Below, one piece after another: positions 26,163 to 40,891 of a DNA stretch of 64,000 nt (positions within the stretch are counted from its first letter, which is position 1; the number at the start of each line of letters is the position of its first letter). The stretch lies in the NCBI GenBank assembly GCA_012295275.1, contig CM022671.1, positions 36,642,001 through 36,706,000 of the forward strand, read 5' to 3'. Origin of the DNA: Chrysomallon squamiferum (Eukaryota; Animalia; Mollusca). Below the pieces are notes generated by a model. That model was not told where the DNA came from, ran no database searches, and was given only the letters and a program-made list of their open reading frames with translations. A program made the position numbers and the translations under genes.

Positions 26163-27136
26163 GAGCGAGAGAAAGGGAGAGAGAGACAGCAATATGGAAA
26201 AAGGTAGATTTAAAAACCATTTCAGACAGATTTTACTAATAAAATTTTATCCATTTGACTACCTATTAAACTGTTCAGTACCTGAAAGCATCTATGAAGA
26301 AAAAAATATTTAACTTCTATTTTCGTGTCGTTTAAAAATGATGTCAGTTGTTTCTTGACTGAAATCTTTCACATAACTTCCTAAGCTTCCTGTAAACAGT
26401 TGTCCATGGCAGCAAATACCACGAGCCAGCCGAAAACGAGGACGAAATCACGTGACACAGGCCGCAGGTAATGTTCGAATGTCAGTGGCCAGACGAAGAT
26501 GAAAGTTACTAAATTTAAACTGTGACGCTGTTTTCAAATCGTTTACTTGGTGGGTAGAGGAGAACGGTACTACTAGCAGTGTGTCTGACACAGAGCTCTT
26601 TCACAAACGTCCACCAGCTCAGGACAATGAAGCTGCCAGAACGGTTATCACGCCGCTCCAATATTCCAAAATACGTCAGGGATTTTTACAATTACCTTTT
26701 GTCATAACTGAACTTTATTTCGAAAAACTGCGAGAACAAACGGAAAATTGTTTAAAACACTAGGAATCGTTTTTTTTTTTTTTTCCCCTGTTTTCTTTCA
26801 AGTTGTCGAGTTCATCTGATCTTGAAGTACAGGTGAGTGTTTTATTTTCTAACACATATAAACACGGTGGTACTCTAAGCTGAAGGAAGTAAAAAGAAAT
26901 GATTAAATCTGTCAAAGAATGTTTCTTATTCAAGATTTCTTTAACAGCATATCTAATCATCTATGTCTTTATTTTACAACTGGCATTTTTCTCTGTAAGA
27001 TACAGGCTGCTGGATCTATTTAATAGAAAATGTCTGTGTAACTGACGTTATTTATCAACAAACACACACACACAACACACACACACATACCTTTCTTAAC
27101 AAACAAAAGTCTTGTGTCAGATAAGGGAGACATTTC

Positions 27137-27229
<93 letters not shown>

Positions 27230-27462
27230 TTGTTGAAGACAGAGTTAGAGAAGAAGAACAAAAAAGTATTTGGTATTTGAAATAGGCTGTATTTTACAAA
27301 ACTAACATTTCTAAAGTCCATTATTTCACAAATGTATATTAAAAATATATAACGCTTTGATGTTTCAAACAGGCTGAAACAATAATTTTGGGAAAAAAAA
27401 AAAAAAAACATATAATATATATTTAAATATATATATATATATATTTTTTTTATTGTTTTTGG

Positions 27463-27501
<39 letters not shown>

Positions 27502-30289
27502 TTTTTTTTTTTTTTTTACTGTGATAACTGCATTTCATATAAATGGTTCGGAATAGCAGATGTTAGTCAGAATTATGTCGACATAAAAATATATCAATGT
27601 TAGTGAATAATATATGTATTAGATAACAGTAAGTAATTCCAGCACATTATATATCTGTTAATGATTAATACGTATAAAAAAAACATCTGCTGATCATAAG
27701 TGATATACTGACAAAATAAAGTAAATTATTTTACTGCTTATATAAACTACATGATTCTACTGATGAAAAATACCTCATTTTACTGATTATATATACTACA
27801 TGATTTTACTGATTATATAAAATACATGGTTTTACTGATTATATAAAACATGATTTTACTGATGATATAAAATATATGATTTGACTGATTATATAAAATA
27901 CATTATTTTACTGATGATATACACTGCGTGATTTTACTGATGATGTAAAATATAATTTTACTGATTATATAAACCACATGATTTTACTGACACGACACAC
28001 ACATATATATACATTCATACATACATTCATACATTCATACATACAGTCATATATACACACATACATATATACGTACGTACATACATACATTCATACATAC
28101 ATACATATATACGTACGTACATACATAGGCAAAAGTAAATCTACGATTGCACAGACACACAGGAACTTAGTCTGAAGTTTAATAATAATATTAATATTAA
28201 TTATAATAATAATAATAATAATAATGATGATGAAAATGATGATGATGATGATGATGAAGATGATGATGATCATGAGTGGAACTGAAGTGTATTATTTACT
28301 ATAGCTGCCATGTCTTAATTCATGGGTTGTTCGAAACAAACACAGGGTGTTTACTGTGTGTAACAGACGCAGATCTCACTCTACTGAATAAGTTCAATCA
28401 TCTTCTGATCTACGTGAACAAACGCGTCCAGTGTATACTGATTTGTTTGATTTGGATCAAGTTCTTGTATCATTTCAAAGTGTCCACTAATCCAAACATA
28501 ACACACACAACTTTAAAATCAATCAGACTCTTTACGTTTTACTTTGCTTTGAAAAATTGCTTCAGCAACGACGTCTGAGATAATGCATGTAAACATCATA
28601 ATTCTGCAACGACGACGTTCTAACCAAACATGACCATTCTGCAGCCGTCCACAGGTACAAAAAGAATAAACAAATAAATATCAGAATTTGCTTTGACTTA
28701 AATCTTTGTTTCCGTCAGTACGTCTGTTTGTCTTCGTGTCTGTCCTTGACTGGCTTTGATTTACACGAAATTTCACACAGATTAAGATGATGTTTTATGA
28801 TCGTAGCAGCTAAAACATAATTTGAGAAAGGATGTGACATTCACCGTGTTTCCTGTTCCAGAAAGTATCCAAGATGATGCTGTGTGTCTCTGTGACATAA
28901 AATTTATCTGTTTTCACATTCACGTGTCACAGCGTACTCGTCATTATAAAGAGGCACTGAAATGGGAAGAGCTTCATCTGAAAACGTAATAAATAAATAA
29001 ATTGATAAAATAAATTAGAATTATCCCTATAAAACATGGGCAGTGAGGAGTCAAATATCGTCTCGTTTCCATTTGCTGGTAGAATACAATACAACCCCGA
29101 GATGCTGGAACTGAGAAACGTGTTTTTGTTTCAAGACGTCGCAATGTTTTCTCAGGACAGAGCCAGCGCGTGCATCACGTGTCGTCATAACAATCTTCGT
29201 GTCGAACAATTTTCCGAAATAACAATTTTAATAAATAATAATAATAATAATAAAAATTCTGGAAATTAATAAAAGAAACGTCGTAAGACAGAAAAAATAG
29301 CTAATTTTGCAAAAGTGATGTGTTGGAGCTTACGCCTAATTTTGATGATCACGTGACAGATTAACATGTTCTGAAGGCAAAGAAAATAATCTATTTTCAT
29401 TGTCACGGTGTTTGGTTTAGATTTTAAAACATCTTTTCTTAGATGGCTGTTTGGAGCTGCGCCTCACAAAGACAACACAAGTTAGTTGTTGTGATTAAGT
29501 CTACAAACACGTGTGACATTGAACAACGTTACTTTGAAAACTCTTGTGTGTCTGCATTCTCCTTTTATTTACCATTTCAGTTTGTTCTGAACAACAAGTC
29601 ATAGACTTTTTATAATAATAGTTATTTCACACTAAGTAAACAAAATAAATATTATCACAGGTACCAGGTAGATATACTCGTATACGAAATATGTATGTAT
29701 GTATATATATATATATAATTTTGTTTTGTTTTTACCATCGCGACTTGAACAAAGGCAGTTCTAAACTTGTTATTACTTTGTTATTACTTTGTTATTACTT
29801 TACTTTCAGATTGTTTCGTTTTCATTTCACCTCACTCATTTACTATGCCACATGGTTACTTTTTTACTTTATTTATATATTTAACGTTCTCTACATCTTT
29901 ATTTGTATTTTTGACTTTATTTATAACTTTATTTATATCTTAAACTTTCGGTATGTCTTTGACTTTATTTATATTTCTTACTTCATAGCTTTATATTTCT
30001 CTATATATTTAATTTTATTTAAATCTTTAACTTTATTTATATCTTTAAGTTGTTCTCTTTGTCCGTCTCATGCTTTTCTTTGTTTGTCGGACACTGACCG
30101 GAAGTGCTGAACTGTCTGAACGAATTCTCCGAAGTTTATCGATTGAATGACCGTCCAGTGCACTTCCGACATCTTTCCTGGAAAACTTGATTTATTTTTA
30201 TTTTTACTGTGTCCGACGTCAGCCGCAAGATACGTCCTGTGTTGTGGTCCTGATGTTACACTCGTGGAATTCTAACATTCCTTGTACAG

Positions 30290-30404
30290 ACAAGTCAATA
30301 CAGCCGAGTCGTCAAGACGTCGTGTCTGCCTGGTCTGTCGCCGTGAATACACCGAGTTCTACAACATCCGTCGTACCAAGAACTGTGATCTTCTGTCGTC
30401 TTAG
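30290..30404 (+). CDS. Candidate terminal coding exon of an unannotated small protein (..RQVNTAESSRRRVCLVCRREYTEFYNIRRTKNCDLLSS*)
   Basis: Branch point and acceptor TCTAACATTCCTTGTACAG; G/C-ending codons dominate this frame in AT-rich surroundings. Candidate phase-2 first exon 26406-26467 (ATG GCA...CGC AG|GTAATG). Confidence 0.35.
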
Positions 30405-30749
30405 ATTTGTTTCACTGCTAATTAGATTTTACTCTTGTATGCTCGTTACCTGTATGTCATTGCACTTTTGTTTTACTTTACTGTAAATGTGGCGGATCCA
30501 ATCACGGTGTGAACGGTTGGCTGTTTTTCTCGTTCCAGCCATTACTTCACGACTTGTGTATTCAGTTTCTGTTACGGGTATTTATTAATAATTTGCTGAT
30601 AGTAGATACATAAATGGTAGTTGTTTTCTCTCTCAGTTATTATAACTATAACGTGGTTCATGTTTTAATGTAGAATCATTCACTGTCGTCAGTACACGTA
30701 CAGACTCAAGATATCTGCAGATTCGAAAGTACACAGTACTGATTAACAG

Positions 30750-30828
<79 letters not shown>

Positions 30829-31252
30829 ACTATTCTGTTATTATATATATAAATATATTAACTTATAATAATAATAATATAATAATAATATATATTATCA
30901 ATAAATAAATAAAATAAATTAAAGTGTATTTTGGTATCAGTGCATTATTACATCTGCACTGATAACATTTTTAGTCAATAAATAAAATTACTGGCTAAAT
31001 AAAATACGCACACAGATTCGTTTTATAGTCACTTTAATTCGTAAACATTTAATTAAATATATAACTGGTATACTACGAGCACAGTTTTTACTGTTGTTTA
31101 CAAACGAGTAAATACGGTGACCGGGTTAACAGTACTCGACACGTGACGTGTCCGGCAAAAACGTGAGGTGGGATAATTATTTAAGCGCTGACTTAATGAA
31201 GCTGTCGTTGTAGTCGTGTGTACAGAGCCGTTAATCGTCTGCACGCATCACG

Positions 31253-34200
31253 ATGTTTACTTTTGTGGTTTTAGCTGTGGTCATCGAGTGTCTGGGTCTG
31301 AACGAGAACTAAAGTCGACGTAATTCCGCTTCCTGTCACCTCATTACGTGTTGTACGACACTTAGGATTATCGGATAACAATCTGCACGTGGTTAATGAC
31401 ATTTTTTTGTAAGTTGAAAATAAATGTTAATGTTAGGTGTTTTGTTGTTTCTAAATAAAAGTAGTTTCTAAGTGTTAATACATACATTATACGTCTTTAA
31501 CAATTCTCTTATGTCGTCTGGAATATGTTGAACTGTTCACTCGACAGTTATACTAACGTTTTAAAACGTTTTCATTCATATACGCTGTAATGGTAAATTT
31601 GGAATAAAGCACTCTCTGCGGTCAAAGCCCCAAAAATCAAATAAAATAAAATCAAATCAAACAAACAGTATATATGAACATGTTTCTTATATGTGATGCA
31701 TAAAAATAGAAAAAATTCTTAATTTCTTCACCCACACAATGTCAACATCACTCATGACTGTTTAGTAAAAAAACTAAAATCCTGTAAGTTATTCTGAGTG
31801 GAAACCCGGATGCATCCAGACAGATACAACAACAGAAAATAAAACAGAGATTTAACTAACCTTGATAGAAAACTTAAACAGCAGAAATAAACCACTTTTA
31901 AATGTCTCGTTAATTCGCAGGTGTTTGATTTGATTGCAGCAAGTGTTTATTTCTGAATTTACCGCTTAGTTTGGTTTATCGCCTCACAAAAAAACTTTGT
32001 AGTTTTTGTTCTGTGTTCTAGTTTGAATCTGATCAAATATTCTCAAATTCGCTTTTCTAAGGAGGATTTCCACAGGTGTGTCACTGATTTACCTGAAACT
32101 TTTGTATTCAAGTTTAAATCTGTTCACATTTCTTAAACAGGCAATTTCCTCATCTGGATTTAAAGTGAACAGTGAAACTTTGATGTACTAAAATAAAATA
32201 TTTGATCCTATAGAGTCTTATTTACTGGAGTAATTCCTAATTTCTTTTTATTAAACCAAGCGATATTCAGCCTATCAAGGTTTATGTAAAATGATTGAGG
32301 GTTTAAGGAGTTACCATGCAATATTTCAGCTATAGGCATCAAACATAGATCCATGATTATATTAAATGAAAGTTTAAGGAGATCCTATTCTACATGTCAG
32401 TTACAGATATCAACTGTAAATTAACGATTGTATTAAATGAAAGTTTAAGGAAATCCTATTCTACATGTCAGTTACAGATATCAATTGTAAATTAGTGATT
32501 GTATTAAATGAAAATTTAAGGAGATCATGTTATAGTGACACACAATGTACACCACGTTATATATGACGTCCATTGCATATAACATTGTATGTGAAAGTGT
32601 ACATCACTTACATGATACATATTGTACACGACATTGTATGTGAAAGTGTACATCACTTACATGATACATATTGTATACGACATTGTACGTGACAGGAACT
32701 GCACGTCGTGTTATATGTGACATACACTTCACATCAGATTGTGCATAACATGCTAAGTGACTACACTACCCTCTAAGCATTCTAGACGACTCACGCAGCT
32801 TAACAAGCTGCGTATTAAATATGTACATATAAATGTATGCAACTATTTAAACTATTTTTGTTGTTATTGCAGTTTTTGGTGGTGATGGTGTAACTATTAC
32901 TCTTGTTCTTAACTAAAACTAAAAGTAATGTCAACTAGAATTGCTTTGTCAGAGTCTAATCCATCGTCTACTGTTTATTTCAGAATAGTTGTAATTTAAA
33001 TGTCATCTTTAGCTGGAGGGATTACCTCTCTTACTTTGATGATGATGACTGGGCGAAAACGGATAACAAAATAGAAAACTACAAAAACATTTCTACATAC
33101 AACACATTCAAAAATTGTCAACAAGAACAACAAATTATTTTCACATCACTCAAGCTGTTATTCTGCCGTTGCTGATGTAAAATTGTATGCAAAGTTATAA
33201 ATTCAGCTTGAGTGATGTGAAAATAATTTGTTGTTCTTGTTGACAATTTTTCAGTGATTTCAACACTGGTATATAGAAACAATTTCTCTTCTTTACATTA
33301 CACACAAAATCAGTGATTTCAACACTGGAATACAGAAACAATTTCTCTTCTTTACATTAGACACAAAGTCAGTGATTTCAACACTGTATTACAGAAACAG
33401 TTTCTCTTCTTTACACTGCAACTTTTTTCTTGTTAGTCTTGTTGCAGGCTCACATCCGCCTTTTTACCCTGTACGTAAAGAATAAACAGGAAAATAATAG
33501 AAAATATCAGTTTCTAAATTTGATTTTGTTCACTTGTCGTCCAACAACAACAGCAACTTCAACAACAACAACAACAATAATAAAATCACTAAAAATCAAG
33601 TGTACGCAAAACAACTAGCGACTGGTTACTGTTAGTCTGAGAGTTAAATTACTCTGAGGTCATTCAGTCCGTTCTGTACGTGACTGAAAAAACTCGGCTC
33701 CTGTCTCCATGTTTGTTGAGAGGGAGGTGAGGAAAGAACGACCCCGCCCTGTGACACGTGTTTGAGTCCTCCTGTATAGTTCACATTTCAGTCATCTGAA
33801 CTATTTTCTAATTTAATTTAAACTGTTATTTAAGTTTTACACAAAAATCAAGCAGGCCATTGTACGTACATTTTTAAAAAACTACTAAGAGCTTTAAATC
33901 GTTTTGCTTCTCAGATATTTTCAAGAACATCGGGTACAGTTGATTAACAGTGTGTTTCAGTATTTCATACTATAACTTGTGTTTGTGCGTGTATATATCA
34001 TTGACACTGAACCAGTGGTAATTGTTGACAAAGTGAACACTATTGTAAACTGAAATTAAGCAGTTCAGCTAAAATATCCAGAGACGAAAGTCATATTTTT
34101 CATGAAAATTATTTCACTGATGGACGTTTTTAAAAATTATTTTTATAGCAGTTTTGTCTTCAGGTAAAACAGCAGCAACAGCAGCAGCAACAATAACAAC

Positions 34201-35010
34201 AAAAACAACATAATAATGATGATAATAATAAAATGTTGTAATTTTATAATGGTTGCATAATTTTGTAATGATATTTTATTTCTTTAATTCTTGTTTTAAA
34301 CACATCATATAATAGAGAAATATATATTTGACAAATTAAATTATATGCAAGTTATGTGTATTGTTTAGAATAAATAACAACATTAGATATGAAATGAAAA
34401 TGAGAAATAGTAAAAATGAAATATTACCAACAAAAAATGTAAATATAAGTAAAGAGTGTTGTAAAGAGAGCATAAAGTCATCTCTAGTTATGTAAACATT
34501 ACACAAAGTTATCAACATCATGTTTTAAATTTCTAGTTTTCGTCTGTTACATAACACGAAACTAAAATGTCAACGTGCTCTGTGCAAGCCTCGAGAAAAC
34601 AAGCAACAGCTACAGCATCATTCTGTGACTTGCTGCAGCGTCGTATCAGGCAGTACCATCAGCAAATGTTACAAACAAACATCAACGACATTTGTGAGAT
34701 TACATCACGTGACAGTTTTTAAAACAGGAAAGCTGTTATTTTTTTTTTTTTGTCTCTCTCATTTATGCCGCTACAGTATAAATAAAATATTTTCAAAGCA
34801 TTGACAATTGTAATAATAATAATAATGATATATAAAGTAATGAGACTGTAGCTCAATATTTCTCTATCATGTCTAGTTAGTGTATACCAGTATATGTTGT
34901 CATTTAGTTAGTAATGAACTGTTCAACTCGCTGTATTTTCTCAATTTTACAAGCAGTGAGATGATAAAAAGATTGGCTTTATCATTAGTTAGAATAATAA
35001 TAATAATAAT

Positions 35011-35045
<35 letters not shown>

Positions 35046-35166
35046 CAACAACAACAACAATAATAATAATAGTAACAACAACAACAACAACAACAACAAT
35101 AATAATAATAATAATAACAATAATAATAATAAATATAATAATAATACTAATAACAACAACAACAAC

Positions 35167-35262
<96 letters not shown>

Positions 35263-37360
35263 ATATCCCAGAAAGGAAGTATTTAGGTTTCATCCTATGT
35301 GTACAAACGGATAACGTGTTTCTTTGTTTTCAGATGAACAGAACCTGATTGAGACATAAGTACCTAAATGATTTTTGTTTTCTCCTGTACGCTATACGTT
35401 ACTTAAAATATAAACAATAACAAACCATAAAGTAAAATTACTTTTTCAAAATAAAATCAAACTTATAGTAATATGTAAAATAATGTTTATTTTTTTGTAT
35501 ACTTCCGCTTTATTTAGTATTTAAATATTTTCTCCAATATATGTTTTTTTTAATTATAAAGTTTTTGATTAGATCTTCAAAACTAATTTTACGAACACTT
35601 CTGATTTTGCATTTAGCAGAGATGAAACATCCAGCCTGCCATATCGCAAAGCTGGGATTCTTAATACACTTAATCTGAGCTGAACGATTTGTCGTCGTTG
35701 ATGTTAAAAATAAACGAAAACCAATTTCTACATTGGGAAAAGCACATTCAGTATTATGTGTAAAATATATATCATTAACCTCTGTTATTATTATTTTTAT
35801 TATTGTCTCTGTGTGTGTATGTTACAATTAATCTGTGAAACCAGTCATCCTTGGTTTCATATAACTGAAAATCGTGCCCAGGCATTTCACGAAGTAAAAA
35901 TTAATTTCAGAAATTCAGAGGACATTAAATTTTTTTATTATTTTCATAGGCTGCTGTGGCAATGTCTGGAAATTGGCAGCGACTTGACAGGCAACTTATT
36001 TAATCGAATTGGTAGAATGAAAATTTACAATCCATAATTCCTATTTTCAAACAAACTGTGCATCTGTTATTATCATCATTTAAAATAAAGCAAAATGTTT
36101 CTCTTGCATTACCTGAAACCTGCATGGAATTTTATAGACAAATTTTTATTATCAAAGGTTAGCTACAATGAAGAAAAATTAAAGTTAATTGTTCAAACGT
36201 ATTGTATGTTTTTACATTATGCACATAAAAAACAAGCACCTTGTATTTAGAAATTATTCGTAAGAATAAAGTGAGTTTGACTTAACTGTTCAAACAGGTA
36301 AATACATTACATGTAGCTATGATGGAAATGGATTTTAGGAACCAGGGTTAGGCTGGGAGTGGGGAATGGACGCTATAAGCCTCCCTGTGGAAAAAAAAAA
36401 TGTTTTAATGTGTTATTTGGATAAGAAAATAGAAAGACAATATTTAATTATTTATGACTTAGCCTAATTCAGCAGTTTTTAACTCAATAAGATCACGTAC
36501 AAGAGTCTGCACGATGGCAGTACTGTACAAACTGCAGCTTGGCAGTACTGTACAAAGTACAGCTTGGCAGTACTGTGCAAACTATAGCTTGGCAGTTCTG
36601 TGCAAACTACAGCTTGGCAGCACTGTGCAAACTACAGCTTGGCAGTACTGTACAAACTACACCACAGCAGTACTGTACAAACTGCTGTACCAGTTTTCCG
36701 AGACCTCCCCAGTCACCTAGCCGGCATGTCTGTGTGCACGTTCCTCGTGTACATTTATTCATTTAGTAAAGAAAGACTGAGTCTTTGATTCTTACTTAGC
36801 TAACCTAATATACGTATTGTTTATAAGAACTTAGTAAGATATGCAAATATAATTACAGAAAATAAAAAAGTTGATTTTAATTGCTAGAAACCTCATAAGG
36901 AATAAACATCTCTAACTCTACAGCAGTTGCTACTGGAAACTACATTTCTGTCGTGACATCTTCCCTTGATGCATTAAGCACGCGCTCATTTTGCCTTACG
37001 TTTAATCCAGTCGTGCAGATGAACATTTATTTTATTATTATGTGTTGTACGGTAGATAATCTAATTCATGTAATAGTGCACGAAGCTATAATTAACCAGA
37101 CGAGTAAAATAAATAAATTATTATGTGCAGTGTCTTTTGGGTGCAGTGTTAGACATTCACGTGATCGCTGTGTGAGAAACATCACAACAGTTTTTAGTTA
37201 AATTACGTTGTTTCGTTATCCTGCTACCACAGATTCCGATTTTCAAATAAACAGTTTTCATTGCTTCATTTTACAAACACACCTTGAAGTTAAACATCGA
37301 GAATTACTGCTCCTGCTGATGATGTTGCCACCACTGTTACCACTACTGCTGCTGCTGCTG

Positions 37361-37391
<31 letters not shown>

Positions 37392-38644
37392 CACTACTAC
37401 TATTTCTACTACTACTAATATTACTTCTAAAAATAATGGGCTATGAAATATACATGCACAGGTTTTTCAACCATTATTATATATGAATAATATAGTGATA
37501 CTAATACTACTAGTACTACTACTTATATTACGATTACTACCACTACTGCCACTACTATTACTATTACTAAAAATAATGGGTTATGAAATATACGATTAAC
37601 ATATAAATGATATAATCATTTATATATGTTAGCACTGTTTTTCTATAAGAGTTAAATATTAATTCTCTTACAGGACAAACAGTTTTACGTGTTTCATCTA
37701 GGTGAAGTTATATCCAGAGTCGTTACGTTCACAGTAGTTGCACTGTTACACACATAGGTTGTTACAGTTGTTCACGTTGTTACATACAAAGATGTTGTTA
37801 TATTCAAAGATGTTGTTATAGTTGTCGATGTTGTTACGTATAAACATGTTGTTTTAGTTGTTGATGTTGTTACATACAAAGATGTTATATTCAAAGATGT
37901 TGTTATAGTTGTTGATATTATAACATACAAAGATGTTGATATATTCAAAGATGTTGTTATAGTTGTCAATGATGTTAAATACAGAGTAACTAAGATTAAC
38001 TGCTATGTCAAGGATTTTTACCAAGTTTCCTGTCCAAACAAATACTTCACGAATATAAACTCCTCTGAAGTAATTCCTCCTACTTTGATTAAAGGGCAGT
38101 GTTTTATGTACATATGTATATAATACTTTTCTTCTTTTTTTCTTTTCTTAATCTGTTTTCAGACCACTTTTTAAAAGTATTTTTCTTCTTCTTCTTCTTC
38201 TTTTTTTTTCTTCACGTTACACGCAATTAACCCAGTGATCTGTACGTGATTGTCGTTTTTTTGAAGTGTCAGTTAAAGGGGTTGAACTCTTCACCTTCAC
38301 GTGCTGCGATACGCTGCTAAAAAACCGGTGCAGTGGACATCTGTGTAACAGCCGAACCTATACAAGCCCGTTCAAACAAACACTGGGCGATTACCTAAGC
38401 AACATGCATCACTGCAAACACAGCGTTCATCCGTGTACGTGTTTGCTTTACGCGACGCTAATCAGCCTCACCAAACACGACGTCTTTGCGTGGTCGGCCG
38501 TGTTTCTAACACAGAGGGCGCTCTTTGTCAGACTATACTAATCCCACTTGAATCTCCGCTGACTGTTTAATCTCACTTGATTACATCACGCGATCAAATC
38601 AGTTTATTTTTTTACTTGTCTTTGTTTTATTTATATTTTTATTT

Positions 38645-38675
<31 letters not shown>

Positions 38676-40829
38676 TTTCATTATTATTTTTTTTTTAAAT
38701 TATTATTATTATTATTTTTTTTTTTTTGCTTTTTATTTTTTCATAACTTTGTCTTGTTTATTTTATATTTGTTTAATTTAGTTTAGATTATTATTATTTT
38801 TTTTTTTTCTTTACATGAACACTTCATGTTAATTACTTTAAATTAATTATTTTTTAATTATTATAAAACATTACAAACTTCAACATAAAACACCACGTGC
38901 GTGTTCACATTCTGATGATACTCCTCGACTACCCAGACTGTTGTTGAAATATGTGAACTTTTTCGTCATAACACAACGCTCAGTAATATCTTTTCTGTAA
39001 CACAGTTCACAGAACATTTTATCCGCATGTTCTGAGTGTCTCCCCTTCACATTAACGATACTTCTTCACCCCCAGGTCTACACGAGTATCTCTATGATTA
39101 ATTTCAGGTGCGGACTCGATGTGCTGGAAACCTGCTTTGCCCTGCGTCCAGTCAGCGGACGGGGCTCGCCAGGCGAAGAGGGGGGTGATACGTCTGGCGG
39201 GATGCCGAGCTTTCTACAAATGTTCTGAGGGGGAGTCCGACTACATCATCCAGTGGCGGTGTCCTGGGACGTTGCCTCTCGACTACAATCAGACAATGTG
39301 TGCACAAACTCACCCACAACGTTGTCCTCCCCCAGTTGTCTGCCCCACCAGTGACTGGCAGACTGATTACAACAGAGTAAGTTTACATTGTTTGTGATGT
39401 TTCTCAGACTGATTATAACAGAGTAAGTTTAAATTATTTATGATGTTTCTCAGACTGATTACAAGAGGGTAAGTTTGTATTGTTTGTGATGTTTCTCAGA
39501 CTGGTTACAACAGAGTAAGTCTAAATTATTTATGATGTTTCTCAGACTGATTACAAAAGGGTAAGTTTAAATTATTTATGATGTTTCTCAGACTGATTAC
39601 AAAAGGGTAAGCTTATGTTATTTGCCATGTTTATCAGAGACTAAAAGAAAGTAAAAGACTTATACTTGTTTACATCTTTTGTTTACTAGTAAAGATTTTT
39701 TTTTTTTATTAAACCAGTGTTCAGGTCGACTCTAAGCTGATGTGTAAATTCTTGAATAGATCAAGCAGTATTTTCAAAAGCTTATTACTAGAAAACCTTG
39801 TTCAGATGATGCTAATGTTTAATAATGCACGGCCAAGGCGTTATTCGTCACCTACTAAAGACTAGGTAAATAAACACGAGCAAGGACAAACACGCTGTGA
39901 ATGATGAAATCGCGAACAGTTTTGTCACATCAACACGATGATAAATTCAAGCAGCTGATTGCTAAACGTACAAAGTGCAGTCAAGAATTAAGGGATTTAC
40001 TCAGCAAAAGACAATCACAGACGTTTGTTATTAAAACGATGAGCAGATCTGTGTTACAACAAACGAGCATTGTTTCTGAATTCTTTCAAAATGTAACACG
40101 CATCCTACAGGTTTCTCGTTTAACAAAAAATAATAATAAAAATAAATAATAGTAATAATAATAATAATAAAAAGATATTCTTTTTATTCATCTGCCAGAT
40201 CTCTTCTTTACACGAAACAAGTAACCTTTTTTGTCAAATGCTGCTAGCCCTAAATAAATTTCATTAAAAGGTTTAACTCTTTTACGACAACTGGAGGTTT
40301 TCATGATGGTCATTTGGTTTACGTTAATTTCTATGTTACTTGCTGTTTTCGTTTTGTTATAACTTCTTAAATTTATTTTTGATATTGCAATTGTTTAACA
40401 ACATCAAGAACAATAATAATAATAGTAACAATAATAATATTAACAGCAGCAGCAACAATAACAATGCAGTAACAACAACAACAACAATAATAATAACAAC
40501 AACAAAAACAACAAAACGCGTAATGCCAACTGCGCACGAAATCCGGGAATTGTTCGAGTCTTGCTCTAGTTGCTGGATTAAATTATCCTCTTCCTTTGTT
40601 TATAAACATATCTCAGCAAGGCAGATTATTATCTTAAAAAGCTTGACTACAATACGGTAGCTTCCATTTAGTGATTTTATATCTCTTCCTGTTGCGAATA
40701 AGCTGATTCTAGGATGTTCTCTCTTTTCTCAGTTTCCCAAACCAGGCGCTCCAGAAGTTTGCGGGGTTTTTTTGGTGTTTTTTTTATATATAATGCTCAT
40801 ATGTCAATGAATCTATTTCATCTTTATGC

Positions 40830-40891
<62 letters not shown>

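Noticed and set aside
36726-36765. Alternative signal-peptide exon for the CBM14 gene (MSVCTFLVYIYSF, phase 1)
   Set aside because: Less hydrophobic and without promoter-like context compared with 31253-31295; cannot be excluded without cDNA.
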